Source of the DNA: Eledone cirrhosa
Lineage: Eukaryota
DNA length: 64,000 nt
Direction: 5' to 3'
NCBI GenBank assembly: GCA_964016885.1
Contig: OZ024743.1
Coordinates: forward strand, 344,038,001-344,102,000
Shown here in pieces: positions 1 through 14,174 of the stretch (position 1 is its first letter; each line of letters opens with the position of its first letter). The translations under genes were made by a program, and so were the position numbers. The notes under the pieces were generated by a model, which was not told the origin of the DNA, made no database searches, and saw nothing but the letters and a program-made list of their open reading frames with translations.

Positions 1-966
1 CCTCGTAGCAAAATAAAATACTTAGTAGCAAGGAATGAGAAAGCAATATCTGTATCCCTTATATATATATATATACATAGATAGATACACACACACACAC
101 ACGCGCACACACATAAACGCGCACACAAACTTGTGTGTGTGTGTGTGCCTTGGTTTTGGTACAGAAAGAATTTTGACTCCAGTTTCTATTGCCAGGTCAA
201 AAGCCACTACTCTTTTCAACAACACCAAATAACAACGCCATATATATATACATATATATATATACAATAATATCTTTATATTTGATAATCTCCCATATGG
301 TTGAGATGCAATTTAGGCAGTATTACGCTGCGCTTTCAAGCAACCAGCCCACTCACCGCAAGGCACCAATCACATTCTTTCTGACTTGACCACTGCCACG
401 TCACAGTTCTTGAATTCGTTTCTGGCGGGAATAATTTAAGAAAAATCTTCGTCCAAGTGAGTTTGTTTCCTGATGATTTCGAAACTCGTGAATTTATCCT
501 TAATCGGATATTTCCAAAAAGCGAATGAAACTCCATGGGTAGAAACATAATTTTGGTATGCTTATATACATTTTTTCTTCTAATTTTGATTTTATATCTA
601 ATTGTGTATGGTTGACGATATATTTAATCGATTTCCACGTGCTATTAGAAATGGTGGGTAAATATTCTATAGCTGTTGATCGCGGATAGATAGCTGTCGT
701 TTATTTATCTATTATTTCTTCATAGGTGCCTTTTAATCTTATAGCCTTGTTTAATTGTTTTTTTTTGTGTGGTTGATTATGCTGATTGGGAGAGGAGATG
801 GTGTATATATTTTATCAAATGATTCTATGGACATACTTTATTGTATATTGCTCTGATTGTTGATTATTTACTTAATTAATTCGTCATTGAGCCACATCGT
901 GAATGGTCGCAAAAAACACATATATATATCTATCTATGATTTTGTCTAGTTTATGTATATGTAAAT

Positions 967-1053
<87 letters not shown>

Positions 1054-1135
1054 AATGAAGAGAGAAACAGGGAGGGACAGAGAGAGTAAGAAATGTGTGT
1101 CTGTTTGGTAGGTACACGTCTATCTATCTATCTAA

Positions 1136-1187
<52 letters not shown>

Positions 1188-1265
1188 ATATCTATCTATC
1201 TTCAACAGGGGCTCAAACATGGTAGACCAGACTGAAAAAAGAAAATATATGTGTGTGTGTGTGTG

Positions 1266-1310
<45 letters not shown>

Positions 1311-1870
1311 AATATAATTTAGCGAGAATCGTATTTCGGCGGGTAGAAATTAGCGAAACGCAACTTCCATATTGTGCTGACAAGCGCTCGATGGAACTGA
1401 AGAAGATACCAGAGCTATAAACATAAGTTAAAAAGGTCATACACGCTGAGACGATGGTTAAGAAGCCATTAACCACCATAGCCAAAAAAGCGAACAAGCT
1501 AAAACGGGTCAAACTAAATGAGATATGATTGAAATATTTACCCGGACCCTTCATTGGAAGATGGAATGCTCCGAAAGTGGGTTTCTGCAACGCCTAAATC
1601 AATAATACTGTCTGCTTATAAAAATAAGCTTTTGGTATAGAGACCGAACAAGGCATCGCTTTCTCAACGGATATTTGTTCTTCTGTCGGCAGACTCTTGC
1701 AGGTTATGAAACCACATGCGGGAATCTAAGGGGAGAAAAAAAAAAAAAAAAAAAAAAAAAAATTCTTACACACTTAAATATAAATGCATGTATATATACA
1801 AATTATAAATGAATAGCTATGCTATATACATACGTATATGTCTGTATGTCTGTATGTAGATTTATATATG

Positions 1871-1999
<129 letters not shown>

Positions 2000-2023
2000 T
2001 TATATATATATACATATATATAT

Positions 2024-2070
<47 letters not shown>

Positions 2071-2200
2071 ACTATTTATAGTTATGTATATACTATAAAC
2101 AACTATAAACAGTAAAGGTCAGTAACTTCCTACTACCTTATTACCAGTAAGAGAAATAGCTCAATGTAAAAACATCAGGTGTTTTACATTGTAGGAATAA

Positions 2201-3767
2201 ATTAGACAATTATCAAAGTTGTGTTCAAATCATTTAATAGCTGACAATCGTTTCTTCCAAACTTTCGTTTGGATTCATCGGAGCATTATCAAAGTTTGTA
2301 CATATAATTAACCTCCTATTCAACTGAACAATTATAAAGATACATATATATTGATGTTGTGAGCAACAGTTTCGTATTTACAGGGTGTACTGGATGCGAC
2401 ATATATTATACGAGAATTGTACAAAAATTAAAATTAAAATTAAAGAGCACAAAGTGGAATACATGCGACAGATAATACAAGAGAATAGTCTAATAATTAA
2501 TGAGGCATTGAGAAAGAAGCATTGAGAAAGAATGAGTACATTAGCAGTACATATGCAAGCGTATAGAAAGTGCACATGCGTTAGTCATATATATGAGAAA
2601 GAAATAAGCAAAGCTATTATGCATATATAGATAAATAAATACTGTATGGTAAGCAAATATGTTAATGTATTAACATTTACGGCGGATGTAATATGATGAT
2701 AGTGTTCGAATTTGTGTGTGTTGAGAAAATCAAGGTTATTGTAGTCCTTTCCATTACATATGTTAAATTATATTTTAGTTAATGTTTATATTGAATCTTT
2801 TAAGCAATGGAGTGTAAATTAGTCTTATTGTATTCTTATTCATGGATTAGAGTTGTTCAACAGGTAGTTTTTCCAACGGTTTAATTTCCGGAAGTGAGTA
2901 TGAGATCTAAGATTAAGGGGAACTAATGCGTAAGGGGAGGTAACTAGCTAATTAAATTCAATTATTTAAATTCTTTGCTCTAATACATATTATATTGTGA
3001 TACAAGTGAATCTCTATTACATAATGTTATATATTTATACTTAATTTTAAATAAGTCTATTTTACTATAATACATTAAAGGTTTCATTAGATTGTTATCT
3101 CTCCATTACTGGACAAGATATATGTTATGGAAAATTGTACAGCTGTTTATATGTCCAAATAGTTAGATCATTTGTGTAATAATATACATTATTGTGTTAA
3201 AGGTTAATCCCTTATATACAATGCTATTAATTTATATATTTAATTATAAATGTATATATACTTTATTATTATTATATTGTGTTAAAAGTAAATCCCTTAT
3301 ATACAATGCTATTAATTTAAATATTCAATTAGAAATGTATATATAATTTATTATTACATATTACATTAAATGTCTCTACATATTATATATCTATTACTGT
3401 ATATAATATAATTAAGCTATAGTAGTTATATCAAAAGGTGGTAACTTTAAGTTTAATTCTAATAGTTATTGTAGAGTATAAGGTTAGAGATAAATAGGAG
3501 TTGTGTAGAGGAAAGAGCTGATCAAAGAGTGTGTTGCTGTGGGGGCTGTTAAGTCCTAGAGGTGAAGTGTTAATGGTGGTGAGGAAAACTGGTGATGAAA
3601 CTGTTGCTCACAACATCAATATATATGTATCTTTATGATTGTTCAGTTGAATAGGAGGTTAATTATATGTACAAACATTGATAATGCTCTGATGAATCCA
3701 AACGAAAGTTTGGAGGAAACGATTGTCAGCTATAAAATGATTTGAACACAACTTTGATAACTGTCTA

Positions 3768-3768
<1 letters not shown>
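2201..3768. mobile_element. Decayed Penelope-like element bounded by ~170-bp inverted terminal repeats (2201-2373 / 3597-3768)
   Basis: The arms are reverse complements (attagacaattatcaaagttgtgttcaaatc vs gatttgaacacaactttgataactgtctaat) and each holds a hammerhead-like core. The interior has a minus-strand NNLDFLN trace near 2712-2738, resembling the PLE RT xxFLD motif. Confidence 0.6.
3686..3730 (+). ncRNA. Minimal type I hammerhead ribozyme motif
   Basis: GCT-CTGATGA-a-TCCAAAC gaaa GTTTGGA-g-GAAA-C gatt G-TC-AGC. Stem I is GCT/AGC, stem II is 7 bp with an A.G mismatch at its base, and the cleavage triplet is GUC (3725-3727). The mirror copy at ~2240-2284 (-) has core CCGATGA. Confidence 0.65.
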
Positions 3769-3854
<86 letters not shown>

Positions 3855-3855
3855 G

Positions 3856-3900
<45 letters not shown>

Positions 3901-3902
3901 GA

Positions 3903-3962
<60 letters not shown>

Positions 3963-3963
3963 G

Positions 3964-4049
<86 letters not shown>

Positions 4050-4219
4050 ACATACATAGATATATTACATACATTTACGTATGTATATAGCTATGCTTTT
4101 ATACATTTATATAGATACATGCATTTATATTTGTTTGTTTTTTTCTGGTAAGGAGAAAATTCTGTCTCCAGATTTTATTACCTAGGGAGATTAATTACCA
4201 CACCTTTGGTTGAAAGCTG

Positions 4220-4254
4220 ACCTGGTTCTCAACCTCATCAAACACTAACGCAGG

Positions 4255-4292
<38 letters not shown>

Positions 4293-4664
4293 GTGTGTAT
4301 GTATGTACGTATGCATGTGTGTATGTTAACCATTGCTTCTTTTTGTTGTCATATCTGTTGTTGTAACTGTTGTCAAAGTTGACATCCTTATGTTCATTTT
4401 CTTTAATTTCTTTCGTTTTTTTTATCTCCCTAGGGAATTCGTTGACAAGTTTTTATTTATTTTCTTCGTTTTCTTCATTCAAATGCATTCACACTGGATG
4501 TCTAAGAGACGTACAAATATGACTTATAAAACTTACCAAACTAAAAAACTAAAAGGGCTTCCAGCGCCTGCCAAAGCGTCAAATGCCCCCCCCCCCCTAA
4601 CGCCAGCCCAGGAGCTCCGAAACGCCCCCCGGTGGGGCATATTTCCCCCGTTGAGAACCTTTGC
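4220..4664. mobile_element. Possible hAT-type MITE remnant
   Basis: ggttctcaac near 4224 and gttgagaacc(tttg) at 4650-4663 form an inverted pair resembling Charlie-type TIRs. No matching 8-bp TSD was found. Confidence 0.35.
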
Positions 4665-4727
4665 TTTAGAGGAAGCAGAAGAGTGTTTAAATTTTCGGAC
4701 GTAAATCTTTCTTTAGAAATGGAGAGT

Positions 4728-4790
<63 letters not shown>

Positions 4791-4794
<4 letters not shown>

Positions 4795-5005
4795 AACGAG
4801 TAGGACCCCGACGGCTGAGCTCAAGCCGTTTCGACGGCTAATTCTGGACTAAACAAAAATTTTCATTTAGTCCAGAATTAGCCGTCGAAACGGCTTGAGC
4901 TCAGCCGTCGGGGTCCTAGTCGTTCCTATTACCCACTCTACTACCCTAAGTATTGAGTACTTTGGTGCGTTATGGTCCACCTGGTTCCTTACCACATTTC
5001 CTTCG

Positions 5006-5007
<2 letters not shown>
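4791..5007 (+). mobile_element. Fold-back copy of hammerhead-bearing repeat (family H), flanked by (TA)n
   Basis: 63-bp inverted arms 4791-4853 / 4866-4928 with 1 mismatch. 4860-5007 is nearly identical to ~57292-57440. Confidence 0.75.
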
Positions 5008-5098
<91 letters not shown>

Positions 5099-5694
5099 TG
5101 GAACATCAGAGTTTTGAAAAAATGTTTTAAGAAGGCTGGGAGTAGTAGGCGAGTTGTCTGGCATTCAGGTGTGGGGATGAGATGGAGAATCCAGGTGTGT
5201 CATGGAAGATGTTATGTGTGCAGATGGAGTGCATTTCATGGGTCTGCATTATTGCTTCTGTATGTGCCCATTGTTGGCGTATCGTTGAAGTAAGTGCGCG
5301 TGCGTGTATCTGCGTGTGCCTGTATTTTTTTAGTGTGTGTACATGTGTGTTTGTTTTCTTTCTGAGTATGTCTATGTATAATTATGTGTGGGTATTTCGT
5401 AGTGTTTTTGCACGTGCATATGATGTCTTTGTATGAGTGTGTGTGTATTTGTTTATGTATGAGTGTGTATGCGTATATCCACGTGTGTGTTTCATAAATG
5501 TCCTACGCTATTTCAGGAAGTGACCAGGGGAGGAAGTGGTCGAGGGTGGAGGGCGGCAGTGTGTGATGCACGCAGAGCAGAAGTGGCATGGGATGGGAGC
5601 TGTGGTCTAGTGTGTGTGTTTATGTGTCTCTATGCGTGTGTGTGTTTGTGTGTATCATTGGTAAATGAGCTTAGTCTGACTGTTAGTTAATTAA

Positions 5695-6097
5695 TGATTT
5701 CTAGTATAGGCACAAGGCCAGTAATTTGGAGGAGGACGGGAAAGTCGATTAAATCGACCCCATTAAGTTACTGGTACTTTATTTTATCGACCCCGTAAGG
5801 ATGAAAGGCAAAGTTAACCTCGGTGGGATTTGAACTCAGACCGTAAAGAACCGTAACTTTATGGTGCAAAGCATGGTGTCTGACTCTACCAATACTGCCA
5901 TTTAGTTAATTAATTGTTTCTACTTTTGACACAAGGCCAGCAATTACCCAGTGCATTACTGGTACTTTATTTTATCGACCACGTAAGGATGAAAGGCAAA
6001 GTTAACCTCGGCGGGATTTGAACTCAGACCGCAAAGGGACGTAACTATGCTGGAAAGCATGGCGTCCGACCCTCTACTGATACTGCCAATCCACCGA
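5695..6097 (-). mobile_element. Two tandem tRNA-derived Nin-domain SINE copies
   Basis: The minus strand shows A box TGGCAGTATnGG-like and B box GAGTTCAAATCC sequences, followed by gcctttcatccttacggggtcgataaaataaagtaccag, matching the Nin/Deu central domain. Confidence 0.85.
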
Positions 6098-6500
6098 ATA
6101 GTGGTTAGTTGTTGGTGTGAGAATGGTCTGTTAGTTACATAGTACTATTACTGGGATTAAATCTGTATCAAGCTCGTACAGGTGTAACTAATTAATTAAC
6201 TGTGTTAGTGGGTGTGGGTGTGTTGGTGAAGGAAAAATACGCATGTGTTGGTGTGAGAATGGGGGGGGGGGAGGCTAAAGGATGAGGGTTGGTGAGTTAA
6301 GGCCGTTTCCGCTCCAAGTCGGGAGAGAAAATAATCCGCTGCTAGATTCTGTCAACAAAATCTCCATACGGTTTAAATACACAACAAGTCTCCGACACCC
6401 GAACGGCTAAATGTCAACGGAAGACCATCTAGGTGTTATGATCTAGGTATTAGATGCGGTCCAGCTCCCTTAGAGTATAAGAAGTTATATATATATATAT

Positions 6501-7368
<868 letters not shown>

Positions 7369-8063
7369 ATGAAAATAAAAGTTACGGGTGAAAGAGGGTA
7401 ATATCCATCGTCAGTTGTCTGTTAGGAATCATAGGTATTTCTTCGCGTTAGAGACAATATACCTCAGCCTAGGGCGAACAATAACTAAAATAAGTTATTG
7501 GGATAAAAAAAGGGGGGGGGGGAGAAAAAAAAATGTAAACAGACACGAAGGGCGAATCAACGAAAAGAGGAAAAATCAAGTCAACAACTCATTTCGAACA
7601 TAAGTTCTGGCGGGTTTGACGAGAAAAAAAGACACGTCTTCACTGTAGCGGTGTGAGCGAGAGAAGAGACTGCTTACAGTGGCGGACGAGGGGGGAAGTG
7701 AGCTAGCGGAGAAGGGGTGACTAGCAGAGAGGGAGTGAGTGAAAGTAAGAGGAAGCGAGAAAGAGATAGTTATAGTGGCAGGCTAGCCGAGAGAAGGTAA
7801 CTAGCAGAAGAGGGAGAAGGAGAGTAAAGGGGGAGAGAGAGGATAGCAACAAGGGGAGAGAAGAGAGGCAGGTCACAGCAGAGAAGGAAACTATGTGAAT
7901 AAATGGCGAGCTGTGTGGTTGCATTTAAGTAGAATGAAAATAAAAGTTACGGGCGAAAGAGGGCAATATCCATCGTCAGTTGTCTGCTAGGAATCATAGG
8001 TATTTCTTCGCGTTAGAGACAAGATACCTCAACCTAGGGCGAACAATAATTAAAACAAGTTAT
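7369..8063. repeat. ~130-bp direct repeats (7369-7499, 7934-8063) flanking a purine-rich interior; pLTR/LTR-like
   Basis: aatgaaaataaaagttacggg...aagttatt occurs twice, about 565 bp apart, with a few substitutions. Confidence 0.65.
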
Positions 8064-8151
8064 TATGCACATAAATATATATTCATAGGCATATTATACA
8101 TACATGCATATATTTATATATACATATATATATACGTATGTATATATATCT

Positions 8152-11132
8152 TTCTTTATTTGCCACAGGGGTGTACAAAAATGGGACATTACAAGACGTG
8201 ACGGCGGGGGTTTTACATAAAAATAACTTTAACATTAATAAATAACAATAAACTATATATAATAAAATAACAATTGAAATCCCCAGTAGGGGGAAGGTTA
8301 CTGCAGGTGTTACTGTAGGTGTTCCTGTCTTCCCTCTGTTTATCTTCCTCAACCTACAGGTTTATATACAGAGAAGGCCCATTCACTCGGGCCATTTTCG
8401 CCCCATTCACCCACCTTTCAGCGAATTTACTGGGATGTAGCACCTCTCTCTCCACTCTCACCTTCCTTCTGAAGTGATACTTAAAGAAGGGGATAAGTTG
8501 TTGTCCGGAGAGAAAGGTGTTTGCCCTCAGTCTTTTTAACCTCGTCCACCATATAACCTCTTTCGCCATAGCCACCAGACAGAGGAAAACCGCCTCTCCT
8601 TCGTTCTTAAATGAAGGCGGCGGGGGTGATCCTCACGATAGATCCTCACGATGGCTGACAACTGGATGCGTCCCACACGTGACAGCAGCTGTTCGACACA
8701 ATTCCACAGGTCGGTCACCCCTGGGCACTGAACAATTGCGTGCAGAACGGTTTCGATGTCCTGCTCGAATCCTGGACAGGTCCTTTTGGCTGGATCTCTG
8801 CCAGGACGTCCGTGCCTGTAGATTTTGTCTCAAACTGGTAGAGCTCCTCGGTAGCACTGCCAGGCCAGAGACCTCTGGAAGTTATCCATAGGCCCTGGAC
8901 GGAAAGTCCTCCCGAACAGACTGGTCAGTTCGTCCTCCTCGATACCTAGAGTTTCCCTGAGAACGTCGTCGCACTTATCATCCACTAATCCCCTATAGAA
9001 TGTCGAAGTGGAGTCTCCGCTGATTGCCGTTTCCGCTTGGTAGAGGGCTGTGAGCGCCTGTAGGCACTCGAGGTACCAGGCACCCATTTTCAGTCTTCGC
9101 TTGACCCAGGACTGCAGCTCTGTTAGTGAGACGAGTTGTGGAAGAGCTTGTCTCACAAACGACAGCCACACCGGTTCATCGGTCAGGAATAACTGGAGAT
9201 GGCGTAGCCTCAGCGCATGTTTGCGCATCATCAGGCACGGCATGCCCAGCCCTCCGTTAGAAGGGTGTTGACAGCAGATGGATCTCCTCACCAATGGAGC
9301 GTGTTTCTTCGAGAGGAACTTGAAGAGTAGGCGTTCCATTTTGGTAAGGTATTCGCGAGGTCAAGGCACGACTCTCAAGCGGTAGTAGATGACGGACGCT
9401 ATGTAAGTGTTCGCCACCTCCGCTCGACCTTTCAAGGAGAGTTTGCATTCAGCCCACTTCTGGGTGAGTGCAAACACCTTCACCGTGACCTCGTTCCAGT
9501 TCTTGTCCACCTGGAGGTCTGGACCGAACCAGACCCCGAGCAATTTCACCGGTCCTTCCGTCCAGCGTCCAACGACACTATCGGAAGGCATGGGTTTGCC
9601 TCTCCATGTGCCGAGTTGCAAACCGATAGACTTGTTTGGGTTTAGTCTTGCTCCTGTCAACGTTTCATATTCCTGTAATAGGTTGCCGATTACTCTGATT
9701 TCCGAGGTTTTCGACACCATTACGGTTTTGTCGTCGGCATAGGCTGACGTTGCTTTCCGCAGTCCTGGTTCGATCGGGATGCCCTGCAGCAGCTCCAATT
9801 TCTGCAGTAACGGCTTGAGAGTCAGTACATACAGAATGGAGGAGAGTGGGCATCCCTGACGGGTGGAACACATGATTTGGAATGGCTCTGATAGGTAGCC
9901 ATTCACCTTGACTGCCGAGCAGATGCTGATGTGCATGGCAGCGATCCAGCATCTGAAGACGGGACCGAAGCCGGCCGCCTTGAGAACTGCTTCCAAGTAT
10001 TGATGGTCGACCCTATCAAATGCCTTAGACTGATCTAAATTGACCAGAGCCCCACCAAAACCAGGTTTACACCCTACCCTCTCTATGATGTATCGCATGA
10101 GGTGGAGGTTGTCGTGTATGGACTTGGTAGGGATTGCACACGTTTGGACTTCCCCTACCAGGTTCTCGACGACAAGCGCCAGCCTTGCTGCTAACACCTT
10201 GGCCAAAATCTTTAACTCTGTATTGAGCAGAGTTATGGGCCTGAAATTGCTTATCTCATCCCCCTTGTTCTCATCTTTCCTGATCAGCGTTACTACACCT
10301 CTGCCTACAGAACTGGGAATCCTCCCATTCTGCTGCCAGTTGTAGTAGACCGCTTCGAGGACGCCAGAGAACAAGTCTGGCATGCCTAAGTAAAACTCAT
10401 AGGGTAGACCATCTAAACCGGGTGATTTGCGTTTCCCGCAGCGGCCTAGGGCATCTTCTATTTCGCTCGCTGTGATCGGCCTTTCGCAGCTCTCCGCATC
10501 CGTGCTCGAGAGTCGCGGTACGCCGTCGAGGTAGGAGCTGAATTCCATCACCTCGCTCGATGTACCGCTTTGCCTGAACAGTTGTGAAAAATGCTGCTGG
10601 AAGGCCGCGCACATCTGCTTGGTTTCAAGTATAATGTGTCCATCTTTGTCTTGCAAAGACCGAATTGTGGATTTGTTGCCACTTTTCACCTCTGCCACTC
10701 GGGCCCAGCTAACAGCTTTGGCTCCCTCGTTTCTTAGAGCACGTGTTCTACTTCTGACAATACAACCTTCGTATTTCACGTTGAAGAACTGGTCTAGTGC
10801 CGTTCTCGCCGCTAGCACGTCAGCTCTACTGCCATTCCTAAGTGCCTCTTCTATTTTAGCTACCAGTTCCTTTTCAGTTTTGTTTTTTTCTAAAGCTACT
10901 TCCTTGCTAAATGCTATCGATTCTATGCTAATTTCTCTCTTGAGAGAGCTCCACCACCTGTTGTTGATGATCGCCCCCGTCAACTGGCACTTAACTAAGG
11001 TGCTAATCCGTTTACTGTAGACCTTACGCGCCGGGAGCGAGATGATTAGCTTCCAGTATCCGGGTCCCTGTCTATGTGTACTATCAAGGTTGACTACGCA
11101 GGTGACTAATTTGTGATCTGAATAGGCAACCA
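8152..11132 (-). mobile_element. Tx1/L1-clade LINE, 5'-truncated ORF2 (APE C-terminus, RT, C-terminal domain) plus 3' UTR
   Basis: ORF 9361-11217 has SDHK, GPGYWKL, KSPGLDGLPYEFY, NFRPITLLN, NLDQSKAFDRV, RQGCPLS and YADD. It continues through frameshifts into 8830-9339 (GGLGMP) and 8354-8575. The 3' end is gtggcaaataaag. Confidence 0.93.
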
Positions 11133-11504
11133 TGTGCATATAGATACACACACACACACACACACAGATATATATGTATGTATATATAGCTACACACACA
11201 TACATATATATATACAATATATATATATATATATTATATATATATATATATCGTTGGATTTTCTAATTGGATTTTTACGCCGAAACTGGATACCAACCCG
11301 GAGTATACATGAACTTCCACCAGGAAATCTTTCGTATCATTGAAATTTTCTTTGCTTCTTATTTATATATATATTTGTTCAATGGAAAAGAGTTAGTTGA
11401 TTTAGAATCAGCTGACTTTTATATAACATATATCAAGCACTCAACGTAATATGTTTATCCGGAGTTTTATTATTATAATAATAAACGAACGACAGTTAGT
11501 TTAG

Positions 11505-11732
11505 TCCATCCAAATTTATTTTATTATACGTAATTATAATAATGAATATTCCCTTTCTTGGCAGACACTTTCTCGTGCTTTGCCTGATGAAAATGCATCT
11601 ATATCTAAGGGATGTGACCTCTGTACCACAGAGATTCTCTACATCATTCATAATAGACAATTAATTATAAATGAACGCTCGGATATCTTCAGTTCTTATC
11701 TTCACAAGTTTAGCAGAATGTTTCATAGTTAA
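11505..11732 (+). pseudogene. PLE GIY-YIG endonuclease C-terminal remnant (Naiad-like), absent from the ORF track
   Basis: Stop-to-stop frame ...EYSLSWQTLSRALPDENASISKGCDLCTTEILYIIHNRQLIINERSDIFSSYLHKFSRMF aligns by eye with FTLKWEKLAK...FCKLCNLEIYYII...LLNNRIERTLFCRHRTKTLF of the 15286-15579 PLE. Confidence 0.65.
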
Positions 11733-12169
11733 ATTTTTAAATCAAAATTTTTAGACTATTAAATAAGTAATATAAAATTTTATATATAGTTTTTAAGGTA
11801 TTTTATTTTTAAATCGTTAATAAAGCTAAATAGACCAAATAAATATTATAATATAAGTATGTACACGTACATACATATATGTATACAGACGTACAGTAGT
11901 ATGTATATATATATATACATACATGCACACACATATATATGTACGTATATAAATGTACGTATATATATGCGTGCATGTATGTATATATATATATACATAC
12001 GACTGTACGTCTGTATACATATATGTATGTACGTGTACATACTTATATTTAAGTAACAGCCGTACTAAGAGTGGGAAATGAAATTTCGTTTCATTTTTTC
12101 CGTTTAAATATTATAATATTTCTTCATTATAACCTTTACGTCTATTTTAACTCTAATTAGTATATATGA

Positions 12170-12620
12170 GAATTAATTTTAATATTAATTAATAAATTAG
12201 GCTATAATAGATGTATTTTTCTTTTAGACTAATTTATGAATCCTGTATCCTGATACACACCAGCTATAATAATTCAATATAAATTGATAAATTAGGCTAT
12301 TATACACCCATTTTTCCTTTGAACTAAATTATTAATCCGGTATCGTGATACCCTAGCGAGTTATGAAAATAGCAACGCCAATTGTTAAATATTTTCTTCC
12401 ACTCATATAATATCTATTATCATATAACTGTAAACATAGATAAAATAGGCTACAACAAATACATCTTTTCCTTTGAACCAATTGATTAATCCCATAACAT
12501 GATAACTTAGCCAGTTATAAAAATTGCAATGCCAATTGTTAAATATTTTTTCCCTAATCACATAATATCTACTAAATTAAATTATACAAAAACTAAGATA
12601 AATTGTCTACGAAATTAGTA
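12170..12620. repeat. Imperfect AT-rich tandem repeat (about 3 units)
   Basis: Recurring taaattaggcta..., ttttcctttgaac..., gcaacgccaattgttaaatatttt and cataTAATATCTA blocks. Confidence 0.55.
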
Positions 12621-12659
12621 ATTTTAAAATGTTTCTTTATTATATAGTTACATTATTAC

Positions 12660-13472
12660 AGGTGGATTGGCAGTATCAGTAGAGGGTCGGACGCCATACT
12701 TTGACGCATAGAGTTACGCCCCTTTCCATTCTGAGTTCAAATCCCGCCGGGGTTAACTTTGCCTTTCATCCTTATGGGGTCGATAAAATAAAGTACCAGT
12801 AATGCACTGGGTAATTGCTGGCCTTGTGCCAAAAGTAGAAACAATTATTACATTATTACTTAAGGTGGTGGATTGGCAGTATCGGTAGAGGGTCGGACGC
12901 CATGCTTTGCAGCAAAAAAAAGTTATGTCCCTGTAAAACGCTAATAGCAAGAGCTAATACCTTCTTATGATAATTCAAAGAAATGATAACAACACTATCA
13001 ATTATACTAGCACTAATAATTGTTTCTACTTTAGGCACAAGGCCAGCAATTACCCAGTAAAGTACCAGTAATGTACTGGGTAATTGCTGGCCTTGTGCTT
13101 AAAGTAGAAACAAGTATTAGTGCTAGTATAATTGATAGTGTTGTTGTTATCATTTCTTTTATGTATTATTGTTTGTTGCTATATTCTTATTGATGTTGTT
13201 CATAGATGATTGCTAATAGTACATCATCAACACCATTCACGGTAATTACTATTCTTATTGTGCTCTGATTCATCCCCATTGTGGCCAATAAAGAAATCCT
13301 CATTATCATTATTATTATTATAGGGCGGTAGATTGGCAGTACCGGTAGAGGGTCGGACGTTCAAATCCCGCCGAGGTTAACTTTGCCTTTCATTCTTACG
13401 GGGGCGATACAATAAAGTACCAGTAATACACTGGGATAATTGCTGGCCTTGTGGCAAAAGTAGAAACAATTA
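12660..13472 (+). mobile_element. Cluster of SINE copies and fragments with an ~80-bp-arm hairpin and a LINE 3' stub
   Basis: SINEs at 12660-12846, 12863-12930 and 13322-13472; inverted SINE tails at ~12976-13058 / 13073-13158; cccattgtggccaataaag stub at ~13275. Confidence 0.8.
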
Positions 13473-13610
13473 TTACTTTAGCATCTTCGAATATATTCTT
13501 TCGGTATAGTATCTAATTTAATCTAATGTAAGTTATACATGAATAGACTAACGGTCAATTTTTGTTTTTGTTTTGATTTTTTTACCAATCCGTTATCACC
13601 ATACTCTTAC

Positions 13611-13752
13611 CAGTTCAAAAACGTCAATACCAACTCTAATATTTCTCCAACTAATGTATTCTGTGTTGAGGTTTTTTCCAAGCATATGCTTGCCAACGAC
13701 GGATCTGAACAGCTCCTCTGACCGCCTGCATATCAAATGATTTCTACATCTC
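13611..13752 (-). pseudogene. Candidate exon of an unidentified host gene or pseudogene
   Basis: Acceptor ...atccacag and donor CTG|gtaaga. 142 bp, phase 2 to 0, open frame RCRNHLICRRSEELFRSVVGKHMLGKNLNTEYISWRNIRVGIDVFEL. Confidence 0.45.
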
Positions 13753-13859
13753 CTGTGGATTTTATTTGAAGAGAACATATTTTGACTTATGTTATACATA
13801 AGCCTTGCATCTTCGAAATACGTATAATAAAATAAATATATATATGTATATATGTATAT

Positions 13860-14049
13860 AATTGTTTCTACTTTAGGCACAAGGCCAGCAATTACCCAGT
13901 GCATTACTGGTACTTTATTTTATCGACCCCGTAAGGATGAAAGGCAAAGTCAACCTCGGCGGGATTTGAACTCAGATCATAAAGGGACGTAACTATGCTG
14001 GAAAGTATGGCGTCCGACCCTCTACCGATACTGCCAATCCACCGCCTTA
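13860..14049 (-). mobile_element. tRNA-derived Nin-domain SINE (near full length)
   Basis: A box, B box, Nin core and tail are all present. Confidence 0.88.
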
Positions 14050-14098
14050 CATATATATATATAAGCCATGTCAGTAGAAGCCATGTCAGTAGAATGAC

Positions 14099-14171
<73 letters not shown>

Positions 14172-14174
<3 letters not shown>

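Noticed and set aside
130-560. Minus-strand ORF-like pieces as further exons
   Set aside because: No clear splice sites or recognisable motifs.
1320-1730. Possible Tc1 transposase remnant (KKPLT...KRVK)
   Set aside because: The similarity is too weak, with no DDE motif or TIRs identifiable.
11584-11600. CTGATGA as a hammerhead core
   Set aside because: It lies inside the PLE endonuclease coding remnant and has no paired stem II-GAAA.
13860-14049. SINE heads as real tRNA genes
   Set aside because: A and B boxes are present, but there is no cloverleaf or acceptor stem and the heads are always fused to the Nin-domain body.
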